Source: Octopus vulgaris (lineage: Eukaryota). From it: a DNA stretch of 64,000 bases. The translations under genes and the position numbers were made by a program. The notes beneath the pieces were generated by a model. That model worked only from the letters and a program-made list of their open reading frames with translations, was not told the DNA's origin and made no database searches. Within the stretch, counting starts at the first letter, position 1. Each line of letters begins with the position of its first letter. The stretch lies in the NCBI GenBank assembly GCA_951406725.2, contig OX597819.1, positions 24,800,001 through 24,864,000 on the forward strand, in the 5' to 3' direction. Below, piece after piece: positions 49,383-60,894 of this stretch.

Positions 49383-49823
49383 CAGGCAAGTCTTGTTTAG
49401 CGAATTTTTCAGAAAAAAGATGGGTGAATGTAGCAAGGATGGCACGTATGAATAACGAAGCCACCTTGAGTATGATCCTATGAACCCGGAAAAATTTAAA
49501 ACAGAGAGTTACTTACTTGCAAATAAATGTGTTAACATGTGACATTATTGACCGAGGTTACCGGGGTCTTTTCCGTAGGCTTTTCTTTCCACGGATAAAC
49601 CTCATCTATTTCCCCCTTTACACTTTATATCATAACATTTCTGTGATACACGATCCCTATTGATAGATATTTTTTTTCTTTTTGCTTTCCTCTTTCTATT
49701 TCCTTTTTCTTTTTTACGATCCCTTTTGATCGAAAATCTACCCCCTTTTTTTCTCCTCAAAAAGAAAAGCCCTACCTTGTAATTTGTTCCGTCTATGTGC
49801 AGCCCTGTGTGGCTAATAAAGAA
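49383..49823 (+). mobile_element. 3' end of a LINE (probable L1/Tx1 clade): ORF2 C-terminus remnant plus 3' UTR
   Basis: With one frameshift in an A run reads RQVLFSEFFRKRWVNVARMARMNNEATLSMIL* (stop 49481-49483). UTR ends GGCTAATAAAGAA. Second copy at 56699-57035. Clade is an inference from the F..RW motif. Confidence 0.6.
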
Positions 49824-49826
49824 CCA

Positions 49827-50199
49827 TATCTGTCTATCCATCCATCTATCTATCTATCTGTCTATCCATCTATCTATCTGTCTATCCATCTATCTATCTA
49901 TCTGTCTATCCATCCATCTATCTATCTATCTGTCTATCCATCCATCTATCTACCTATCTATCTATCTGTCTATCCATCCATCTATCTATCTATCTGTCTA
50001 TCCATCCATCTATCTATCTATCTGTCTATCCATCCATCTATCTATCTATCTGTCTATCCATCCATCTATCTATCTATCTGTCTATCCATCCATCTATCTA
50101 TCTATCTGTCTATCCATCCATCTATCTATCTATCTGTCTATCCATCCATCTATCTATCTATCTGTCTATCCATCCATCTATCTATCTGTCTATCCATCC

Positions 50200-50230
<31 letters not shown>

Positions 50231-50331
50231 CATCTGTCTATCCATCCATCTATCTATCTATCCATCTGTCTATCCATCCATCCATCTGTCTATCCATCCA
50301 TCCATCTATCTATCTATCTGTCTATCCATCC

Positions 50332-50407
<76 letters not shown>

Positions 50408-50474
50408 GTCTATCCATCCATCTATATCCATCCATCTATTTATCTCTATGTATCTCTCTCTCCATCCATCCATC
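49827..50474 (+). repeat. Compound (TCTA/TCCA/TCTG)n microsatellite with 28-bp higher-order unit
   Basis: TCTA-TCCA-TCCA-TCTA-TCTA-TCTA-TCTG reiterated at ~49900-50190. Confidence 0.95.
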
Positions 50475-51083
50475 CGCTGTGCCACCCTCTCTCAACACCT
50501 CATTACCTTTATTTTACTGCAATATAACGAAAGAAACGAAACGCACTATTCAACTAGGGGCTCCTTTACACTCGAGTTTGTTTCGATCACAACTCGTTAC
50601 TTCTATGCTGAAAGATAGCTTAGAAAGAAAAAAAAAAACCCAGTAAATAAAGGTACGTAAAACGAAGTTTGTTCAAATCAGACATCTTCAATGCACTTTT
50701 AAAACAACGCTAAGGTGTAGTTTTATAGTAAATAGGATAGTCTAGGTGCTAAGATTTTTTTCCCTACGTCTACTCAGAGGCGGGATGGCAAACGATTTGT
50801 GATGTAAGGAATAGCGACCTAATTTTAGGAGCGAAGCTATCAAATTTCAAATGTAAATGAGCTGGTTCAGACCCTTCTTGCTATTGTTGAATTATTATTA
50901 TCATTATTATTATTATTATTATTTATTTTTTTCCGTCTCACTATTCTAACTGCTGTCTCTATTGTCGGTTATTGAAGTAATAATTAACAGGCGTTGTATT
51001 AATTAAAAATACATATAATGGCGGTGCTCCAGCATGGCCACAGCTCATGAGCTGAAACTGGAAAAATCAAAAATCAAAAAAAT

Positions 51084-51497
51084 ACTCTTTTACTCTTTTA
51101 CTTGTTTCAGTCATTTGACTGCGGCCATGCTGGAGCACCGCCTTTAATCGAGCAACTCGACCCCGGGACTTATTCTTTTTGTAAGCCCAGTACTTATTCT
51201 ATCGGGTTCTTTTGCCGAACCGCTAAGTAACGGGGACATAAACACACCAGCATCGGTTGTCAAGCAATGCTAGGAGGACAAACACAGACACACAAACACA
51301 CACACGCACATATATATATATATGTACATATATACGACAGGCTTCTTTCAGTTTCTGTCTACCAAATCCACTCACAAGGCTTTGATCGGCCCGAGGCTAT
51401 AGTAGAAGACACTTGCCCAAAGTGCCACGCAGTGGGACTGAACCCAGAACCATGTGGTCGGTAAACAAGCTACTTACCACGCGGCCACTCCTGCGCC
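51084..51497 (-). mobile_element. SINE family B full-length
   Basis: High identity; tail-to-tail with solo related tail at 51018-51075. Confidence 0.92.
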
Positions 51498-51790
51498 TAT
51501 GTTATGTAAATATTTCCAGAACAGATTTTTAAACATCGTAAACAAGATGAATGAATCGAGATTCCTTTTGTTTGTGAATGTGTTGGCTGTTTTTGATGTT
51601 GTTTAACCCTAGGTCAGATTTTATCGACTTGATCAACTCAGGCAGCCAAAAGAAATTTTGTAAGGTAGAATAAAATTGCCTACAAGCCCCGGTGGGGTGA
51701 GAAAGGGGGTTCCATCTTTTCTTTTTGGGGTGACACTTCAACTATTTACGGGCCCTTCTTTAACTCACCGGACATTAAATCAATAAGATT

Positions 51791-51920
51791 ATGTATGTAT
51801 GTATGTATATATGTATGTATGTACGTATGTACGTATGTATGTACGTACGTATGTATGTACGTATGTACGTATGTATGTATGTACGTATGTACGTATGTAT
51901 GTACGTACGTATGTACGTAC
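51791..51920 (+). repeat. (TATG/TACG)n microsatellite
   Basis: Directly visible. Confidence 0.95.
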
Positions 51921-51926
51921 ATATTG

Positions 51927-52123
51927 TTAATCCAAACATGAACAAAGAGAAAACACAACGCGAGGACGTGGAACAAGTATAGTGTTATTGGACGCTCAGG
52001 AAAGGAAAGAAAGAAGGAGGATTTAACGTTTCGAGCGGAGCTCTTCGTCAGAAATATAAAAAAAGGCAACGCCCAAGGAAGGGAAGACGGAGAAAGAAAT
52101 ACGCCAACGATACACACGCGGTC
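51927..52123 (-). mobile_element. ~200-bp hammerhead-bearing element (Penelope pLTR-like or retrozyme-like monomer)
   Basis: Flanking direct repeat ACATATTG (51919-51926, 52124-52131); homologous to ~8790-8920. Confidence 0.65.
52021..52055 (-). ncRNA. Minimal type I hammerhead ribozyme, intact core
   Basis: AUUU-CUGACGA-A-GAGC(ucc)GCUC-GAAAC-GUU-AAAU: stems I and II pair; palindromic AACGUU at stem III. Confidence 0.7.
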
Positions 52124-53394
52124 ACATATTGAAAATATGTATGTATGTATAAAGACAGGCTTTTCTATCTACGAAATACAGTCACGTGACATATTCGGAA
52201 ATGGTTTCAAATTTAAGCACAAGTCCAGCAAACTTAGAAGGGGAGGTTAAGTTGATTATGTCGATATCGGTACTCGACTGGTATTTATTCGTATTTTATC
52301 GACCTTAAAAGGCTGAAAAGCCAACGTCAACCTCAACGGTATTTGAACTCAGAATGTAATGAATGAATTAGAAGACATTACCTCACAACATTTTTTTTCG
52401 ACACATAACTATCTTGTCAGCTCACCTTCCTCATATTAAGTAATGACATACTATCCAATATTTCAGTTTACTTTTAAGACAGTAGGGTGTAATTTAAGGA
52501 AGATTTAGCTGCTATTTCTAGCAAGTCGAACAACCATGTTAAGCGCTCCCAATTTATTTTGTATATAGTCACCGATAACTCAAAGAAATTGCTTTGTTGT
52601 ATAAAAGAATTGTATTTACATTGTATTTAGTTTCCGTGTAACTTATTTCATTTTTTTTTCTTTTGAAAAATGCTGTGTCACGTACTTCATATTTAATAAC
52701 TTGAGAAATAGCATAACAATTTTTTTCAAGAAGCCACACACCAATTATTAAAAAAGAAAAAGAAAACCTAGACTCCGTTTGTTTCTGTGATACTAGAGTG
52801 AAGAATAGATGAAACAAGGAGCCGACAACAAAACCTTCAACGGCGATCACAAAAATTTTTTAGCTAATTCTCCCTCACAACGTACACCACTGTTTGTACA
52901 GAAGTTGGAGCATCACGTTACATATAGACCTAGATATCACTAAAAGGACGACATGACTTCGAACCGGAACGTTTAGGTCAGACATACGAGGCTTTACTAA
53001 CGCGACAAAACAAAAGCACCAAATTTGGGTGTGCACGAGTATGATGCAGTCAGTGCTCAACACTTTTGAAATTATCTAATCAGCTATACTTCCTTATTTA
53101 TGTGTCATTCTCTACCGAACCGCTAAGATTTACAAGCACGTAAGCAAACTAACAACGGTTGTAAGGCGTCTGGCGTTGAAACACAGCCACCGGTTTCTTG
53201 CAGTGTCTGTCTACTAAGTTCACTCACAAGGTATTGACCAGTATAAGTTTATTGTAGGAGACGCTTGCCAAAGGTGTCGCAAGTTGGGACTGAACCTGAA
53301 ATCCCCTAGTTGCGAAGCCGACTCCTTAGTCACATAACCAATCTTACGCCTACGTTGCTAAATTCTTTCAAGCAATACTTTTCATGCACTGTGT

Positions 53395-53740
53395 GGAAGC
53401 ACTCCGTCGGTTACGACGATGAGAGTTCCGGTTGATCCGAATCAACGGAACAGCCTGCTCGTGAAATTAACGTGTAAGTGGCTGAGCACTCCACAGACAC
53501 GTGTACCCTTAGCGTAGTTCTCGGGGATATTCAGCGTGACACAGAGAGTGACAAGGCTGCCCTTTGAAATAGTTGTGGTGAAAGAGTACAGCAGGGATCA
53601 CCACCATACCCTGCCGGAGCCTCGTGGAGCTTTAGGTGTTTTCGCTCAATAAACACTCACAACGCCCGGTCTGGGAATCGAAACCGCGATCCTATGACCG
53701 CGAGTCCGCTGCCCTAACCACTGGGCCATTGCGCCTCCAC
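53395..53740 (-). mobile_element. SINE family C (internal deletion)
   Basis: TSD TTTCATGCACT/TTTCATACACT. Confidence 0.92.
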
Positions 53741-53760
53741 TTTCATACACTATCACGGTA

Positions 53761-53973
53761 CGAGAAGTGCTGAAAGTTCCTAGTTTTAAGGGTATCACAA
53801 AAGGCTTGGTTGGAGACCCAACCTTCCGAGCCCTTTTACAGGGCTCAGAAAAATTAAAGGACTGCTGCAATAAGTCTGAATTTGAGAGCGGAATGTATCG
53901 AATAAAATCATAATTAACCGGTCCTCCTGTATTTTCTTTTGCCCAAAGCCAGGAATGTTTTGGCACCCTTTCG
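53761..53973. mobile_element. mariner-like MITE
   Basis: TA|CGAGAAGTGCTGAAAGTTCCTAG...CCAGGAATGTTTTGGCACCCTTTCG|TA imperfect TIRs. Confidence 0.65.
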
Positions 53974-54156
53974 TATAATCGTGTTGTAATTTGTTTTTAA
54001 AAAAGTTCATCAATATGGTGTCTTTTTGTCATCCCGAAGCTCTTTTAGAATATTCGTGCACCATAATTCAACTCGGGAAATGAATTCAAACCCGAAATTG
54101 GCTAGTTATGAAGTTATCAACTCAATCACCTAGTTATGTCTTTCTAAGACTAAACC

Positions 54157-54538
54157 GTGGAGGCGCAATGGCCCAGTGGTTAGGGCAGCGAACTCGCGGT
54201 CGTAGGATCGCGGTTTCGATTCCCAGACCGGGCATTGTGAGTGTTTATTGAACGAAAACACCTAAAGCTTCACGAGGCTCCTGCAGGGGGTGGTGGTAAT
54301 CCCTGCTGTACTCTTTCACTACAACTTTCTCTCACTCTTTCTTCCTGTTTCTGTTGTACCTGTATTTCAAAGGGCCAGCCTTGCCATACTCTGTGACACG
54401 CTGAATCTTCTCGAGAACTACGTTAAGGGTACACGTGTCTGTGGAGTGCTCAGCCACTTGCACGTTAATTCCACGAGCAGGCTGTTCCGTTGATCGTATC
54501 AGCTGGGACCCTCATCGTCGTAACCGACGGAGTGCTTC
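54157..54538 (+). mobile_element. SINE family C full-length
   Basis: High identity to other C copies. Confidence 0.92.
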
Positions 54539-54758
54539 TATATACTAAGACAACATCACCAACATCTTTCCAATATATTTGCAATTGGATGGCTTTGGGC
54601 CGAAATTTGAAACCAGTATATTGCAAGTGTCCTGCGATAGACTGGCTTCCCGTCCAGCTGGGGGGAACACATACGCCACAGAAACCGGTAAACCGGGTCC
54701 ATGAGCCTGGCTAGGCTTGAAAAGGGCGACGTTTATCGTTTTTATATTGCAATTGTTC

Positions 54759-55160
54759 AGGCGGCAAGTTGGCAGAATCGTTAGCACGCCAGACAAAATG
54801 CGAAGCGGTATTTCGTCCGTCTTAATGTTCTGAGTTCAAATTCCACTGGGGTCGACTTTGTCTTTCATCCTTTTGGAGTCGATAAATTAAGTACCAGTTA
54901 CGAACTGGGGTCGATGTAATCGACTTAATACCTATGTCTGTCCTTGTTTGTCCCCTTTGTGTTTAGCCCCTTGTGGGTAATAAAGAAATAGGTATTTCGT
55001 CCGTCTTAATGTTCTGAGTTCAAATTCCACTGAGGTCGACTTTGTCTTTCATCCTTTCGGGGGTTGATGAAATAAAGACCAGTTGAGCAATGGGGTTGGT
55101 GAAATTGACTCGTACCCGCCCCCAAAATTGCTGACCTGGTGCCAAAATTTGAAACCAGTA
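54759..55160 (+). mobile_element. SINE family A dimer (tail 1 then alternative tail)
   Basis: Junction AAAGAAATA|GGTATTTCGTC. Confidence 0.88.
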
Positions 55161-55413
55161 TTAAAATACAAAAATAATATAAAATCATGTAAAAAATAAT
55201 AAAACTCCGAGAAAGAACCCTTTCTCTCTCTCTCTCTCCCTCTCTCTCTCTCTCTCTGTTCCTCCTTCTCTCCGTGGTTCTCTGTTTTTACTTCTTTACA
55301 CCCGATCACAGATGTTTGTCTGGTTTAGAGTTTCGAAATCTACCTGCATGTAAAATAATCCGAGTAGATTTTACTCTTGTACCTACCTTCAACCTTGTAA
55401 ACTGTTATAAAAA

Positions 55414-55499
55414 CAAAAACAACAACAACACCAGCAAAGGCAGCAGCAGCAGTCGCAGCAGCAGCAGCAGCAGCAACAAGAGCATCAACAACAAACAAC
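55414..55499 (+). repeat. (CAA/CAG)n trinucleotide tract
   Basis: Directly visible; lies in a TE-free segment with splice-like signals. Confidence 0.9.
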
Positions 55500-55857
55500 G
55501 TTCGAAAGATGGGTAATAGATCATCTCAGTGAAATAGAAAAATTAGCGGAGAAGCTGTGATGATGCTGATGGAAGTAATGATATTCTTCTGGTGAAAGGA
55601 AGAATAGCAAAGGGGCTGATGATGTTAGCACCGGCAGACACAGATGGACAGACGTACGGATCCAGCGAAGTGCGTAATTCAAATTAATTTTCGTCAGACG
55701 GTATATATGGGAGCGCGTAAACATCTGCACCTATGTAGGGATGTGTGTATATGGATATGCGTTTGGATATAGATGCGTGTGCGAGTATGGATGGATATAT
55801 GTGATGCATGAGGCTGTGTTTTATATATGGCTGTGAGCGTATGAATATACGGAATTG

Positions 55858-55871
55858 TGCGTGAGCACGTA

Positions 55872-55903
<32 letters not shown>

Positions 55904-56022
55904 CATACATACATACATACATAGATACACACACACACGTGTGTGAATGTTCGGATGGATATTTGTACATGCGTGTGGATAATGCGTTTGTATGAATATA
56001 TGGAAGTATGCGTGAGCACGTA

Positions 56023-56071
<49 letters not shown>

Positions 56072-56160
56072 GTACGTACATACATAGATACACACACACA
56101 CACGTGTGTGCATGTTCGGATGGATATTTGTACATGCGTGAGGATAATGCGTTTGTATAT
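55858..56160 (+). repeat. ~150-bp tandem duplication of microsatellite-rich sequence
   Basis: TGCGTGAGCACGTATGTG...ATGTTCGGATGGATATTTGTACATGCGTG..GATAATGCGTTTGTAT occurs twice. Confidence 0.85.
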
Positions 56161-56698
56161 ATGATTATAAGCGTATGGCGGTATGGTTTATGTGTGTGCG
56201 TGGATGGATAGATGTATGTGTGTGCATATGGTTATAAGTTTGTGTCTATATGGGTATGTGTATATGTATATATGAAGCTATGTGTATGTTTGGATAAGCA
56301 TGCATGCGCGTGTATATGTGAATGTGTGCGCATGTATTGTATGTGTGTGTCTGCATGTAGCTGTTGTAGAATTTGGTAACGTGCCAGCTGCAGGAGAGAA
56401 ATCTTAAGAATTAAGGTATTCTTATGTGCTTCTGCTCCGGAGATTTAAAAAGCCATAACACAGCAAATTGTTTATAATTCTGCTGTCAGACATTTCGTGG
56501 TTGATGGAAGACAAAGCGTACGTAGATGCATACATCATTGTGTGAACGTATGAAGGAATGGTAGTGGTGGGGTCTTCCGACCTAAAACCGCGACAATTGT
56601 AAGCTGGGCATGATGTGTGTGTGTGTGAGTGTGTGTGTGTGTATGTATGTATGTATGGGCGCGTACGCATCTATCTATCTATCTATCTATCTATCTCT

Positions 56699-57035
56699 CG
56701 GAAAGTTTAAAACGGAGGGTTTCCTACTTGCAAACAAATGTGGTAATATGTAACAATATTGACCGAGGTTACCGTGGTCTTTTCCGTAGGCTTTTCTTCC
56801 CACGTATAAACCTTATCTGCTTCCCCCTTTACACTTTACATCATGACACTGTGATACACGAACCCTATTGATGTTTTTTTTTTTCTTTCGTTTCTTTCCC
56901 TTTTTTTTCTTCTTTCCCTTTTACGATCCCTCTTGATCGAAAACCAACCCTACTTTTTTCCCCACCAAAAAAAGAAAAGCTCTACTTTGTAATCTGTCCC
57001 GGTCTGTGTGCAGCCCTGTGTGGCTAATAAAGAAA
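56699..57035 (+). mobile_element. LINE 3' UTR, second copy
   Basis: Homologous to 49487-49823; (TCTA)n upstream, TCTA/TCTG downstream. Confidence 0.75.
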
Positions 57036-57054
57036 CTTATCTATCTGTCTGTCT

Positions 57055-57129
57055 GTCTTCTACTATAGCCGAGAGTCGACTGAAGCCTTGTGGGTGGATT
57101 TGGTTGACTGAAATTGAAAGAATCCCGTC

Positions 57130-57195
<66 letters not shown>

Positions 57196-57306
57196 TTGTG
57201 TCTGTTTTTCTTCCCCCACCATCGCTTGACAACCGTTGCTGGTGTGTTCACGTCCCTGTAACTTAGCGGCTCGACAACTTAGCGGTTGTCAAGTGATGGT
57301 GGACAC

Positions 57307-57357
<51 letters not shown>

Positions 57358-57529
57358 CTTGTATACGACAGGCTTCTTTCAGTTTCCGTCTACCAAATCC
57401 ACTCTCAAGGCTTTGGTCGGCCCGAGGCTATAGCAGAAGACACTTGCCCAAGGTGCCACACAGTGGGACTGAACCCGGAACCATGTGGTTGGTAAGCAAG
57501 CTACTTATCACACAGCCACTCCTACGCCT
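57055..57529. mobile_element. Two SINE-B fragments in opposite orientation
   Basis: + fragment ~57055-57277; - fragment (with head) ~57283-57529. Confidence 0.8.
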
Positions 57530-58306
57530 ATATTTGTTTACAAATATTGACAACACGTGCTATTTTCAGGATGTTGACAAAATGTGAAGTCACGCAAAAA
57601 ATGACAGCTTCCAAATCCTGTTACCTGACCAGGTGAAAATGATTACACTTTAAACCTCTATAACTTTCTAAAAACATTTTTCTGGGGGAAAAAAATTAAA
57701 TATCTCCAGCAATTCAATCTGGGCTAGTGTACTATTGTGTCAAGTTTTTTAAGTTTTCGGTAAACTTTAATTTTTGAAATGCTTGTAGCCAAACCGATAC
57801 TCTTGGTGTAAATTTTAACAATTTTGAAAACTAAAACTTATTAAAGAAAAAAACAGTGAAGAACAATTATATATTCAGCGTGACACTTTAACGCGCCCAG
57901 CCGCTCCCTTCGTAATATTACTTACAGCTTACCAATTTAATTGTTTAAACTTTTGTGCTTTTTATTTGTCAGCATTCTTGTTAACACTTCTCCGCTTTCT
58001 CCTCCCCCAAACATTTTTTCATTGCTCACTGCGTTCTTACTAACACCTATCCTCTCTCTCCTCATTTTCTTACTTCTGCATGCATCAATTCAACTGACCG
58101 AAGTCCTGCTACTAATTTTAATCGTACACTACTTCTTCTCACACTGTACTGCCGCCACCCTTTGGACACCACTTCTTCACTCATTTCATTTTGTCACATT
58201 CATTCTTGTAATTAAGAAGTTCACAACTACTTTTGCTGACGTATTGTCTGCATTTCTTTTTTTTGTGTGTGGAGAGTCCTTACCCGACTAGTATAATACT
58301 TATTCC

Positions 58307-58694
58307 GTGGAGGCGCAATGGCCCAGTGGTTAGGGCAGCGGACTCGCGGTCATAGGATCGCGGTTTCGATTCCCAGACCGGGCGTTGTGAGTGTTTATTG
58401 AGCGAAAACACCTAAAGCTCCACGAGGCTCCGGCAGGGGATGGTGGTGATCCCTGCTGTACTCTTTCACCACAACTTTCTCTCACTCTTACTTCCTGTTT
58501 CTGTTGTACCTGAATTTCAAGGGGCCGGCCTTGTCACTCTCTGTGTCACGCTGAATATCCCCGAGAACTACGTTAAGGGTGCACGTGTCTGTAGAGTGCT
58601 CAGCCACTTACACGTTAATTTCGCGAGCTGGCTGTTCCGTTGATTCGGATCAACCGGAACCCTCGTCGTCGTAACCGACGGAGTGCTTCCATCC
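58307..58694 (+). mobile_element. SINE family C full-length
   Basis: TSD AATACTTATTCC. Confidence 0.93.
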
Positions 58695-58974
58695 AATACT
58701 TATTCCATGTTTATTATTTAATGTAGTCATTTCTCTTCAAATGTTTTGTATACGTACGGTACTGTGTGTATTTAAAACATATTCTCATGCTTATAAACGG
58801 ATATAGTAATTTATATTTTTGAAATATTTTTTCGAAAAAAAAAATATTTGGAATATATCCTAATTTATAAATTGGAAGCCAACGGGAAAATACTTTGGGT
58901 TACAGAATTCCACATTACGGCAATATTTTCAGAAACATAGCGCTTCTGAAAAACAGAAGATGCCTGTATACATA

Positions 58975-59370
58975 GACGTGGCTGTGTGGTAGTAAGAAGC
59001 TTGCTTCCCAACCACATGGCTCTGGGTTCAGTCCCACTGCGTGGCACCTTGGGCAAGTGTCTTCTGCTATAGCCTCGGGCCGACCAAAGCCGTGTGAGTT
59101 GATTTGGTAGACGGAAACTGAAAGAAACCTGACGAATATATGTATATGTATATATTTGTGTCTGCGTTTTCACCCTACCGCCGCTTGACGACCGGTGCTG
59201 GTGTGTTTATGTCTCCGTAACTTAACGGTTCAGCAAAAGAGGCTGACAGAATAAGTACTAGGCTTTTAAAAAGAAGTCCTGGGATCGATTTGTGCGACTA
59301 AAACCCCTCAAGGCGGTGCCCCAGTGTGGCCGCAGTCAAATTACTGAAACAAGTAAAAGAAAAAAAAAAC
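58975..59370 (+). mobile_element. SINE family B
   Basis: Full head, body and tail. Confidence 0.88.
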
Positions 59371-59425
59371 GTCTAGGTGTGTATATACATGTATGTCCAG
59401 TTATGTGTCTGTATGTATATGTGAG

Positions 59426-59461
<36 letters not shown>

Positions 59462-60356
59462 GAATTTATTTCAAAATGTAGTCAATTTTTTGTCTATTTT
59501 TCTTATGAATATTTTTCTTATGAATATAATAGAAAAAGAATGAGGTTAAGTTAGGTGGGTGCTTGTGGTAATTTGGTGCTGAGATTTTTGGAACTAAAAC
59601 AATTGTTATAAAATAATAAAAAAAGGGAGAACTAAATAAATTAAAACGATAAAGAGATTGTCTGAGAACATAGTTATGTATATGAAATATATGTAGGTAT
59701 GTATGATTATACATGTGTGGGTATATATGGAGAGAGAGAGAGAGAGCACAGCTCAGTCATGAAGTTGATATATGAAAATGGAAGGAGGGATGCGATAAAT
59801 GTAAACGAGATGGATAGCTGGAATTATTTGAGCGATATTCTATGATTGCAGAATTTACTATTGTCTTTTAAACACAGCGAAAATTAAACGGAATTGTCTA
59901 AACATCCACTCATTGTTTAGAAATTTACTCGTTTTGTCGGAACAACTGCAATCAGCAAAGATAATAAATAACCGTGATGATGAGGAGATAGAAAATATCA
60001 CGCAAATTTGTTTATTTCTGTTATAAATTTGGAAAGCTTTGTTCGTCTTTATGAATTGAACCGCACAACCCATTGTTGACACCACAAACCAATTTGGAAA
60101 CTTCCATGTGGTCGCTCAACATGCTAGAAACAGTAAACAAATCTTCCTCAAATCATACTGAATCGTCTGAAAATAAATAGAACGTCAGTGTGAAGGTCCG
60201 CGACCCACTGTGACGTAAAGACCACGAATCAACGAAGGAACCTCTGTGGTCGCATGGCATGCTATAAATAGTAGCCAAATCTTCAAGTTACTCCTTATCG
60301 TCTTAAAAGGGAAGGTCATGTTGAAATCCCACAACTTACTGTGATGTGTAGACACC

Positions 60357-60593
60357 TATTTCTTTATTACCCACAAGGGGCTAAACATAGAGGGGACAAA
60401 CAAAGACAGACATACAGAGGTATTAAGTCGATTACATCGACCCCAGTGCGTAACTGGTACTTAATTTATCGACCCGGAAAGGATGAAAGGCAAAGTTGAC
60501 CTCGGCGGAATTTGAACTCACAACGTAACGACAAACGAAATACGGCTACGCATTTCGCCCGGCGTGCTAACGTTTCTGCCAGCTCGCCGCCTC
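60357..60593 (-). mobile_element. SINE family A with 18-bp TSD
   Basis: TSD CTGTGATGTGTAGACACC. Confidence 0.92.
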
Positions 60594-60857
60594 CCTGTGA
60601 TGTGTAGACACCACGAACCAATGGGGAAACCTTTGCGTGGTCACTCGATCTTCTAAAAATAGCAGTTGAATCTTCCCCGAATCACATCATATTGGGAAAT
60701 GTCTGTTATTTGGATTTACAAAAATATAGAATAATCATGGCTAGGATGCCTTTTAATGGTAGTATCTACTCAGTTCGGGCTGCTCTTGGACCAAATCACG
60801 ACAGAAGTTCTATAAAGAAATATTGCTTCTTCCCCATCTTTTCTCTCTCTCAGTTTG

Positions 60858-60894
<37 letters not shown>

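Noticed and set aside
49795-50646. 283/273-aa ORFs
   Set aside because: Read-through of the TCTA/TCCA array.
57941-58291. 116-aa hydrophobic ORF
   Set aside because: TTG start, pyrimidine-biased low complexity, no recognisable domain or splice context.
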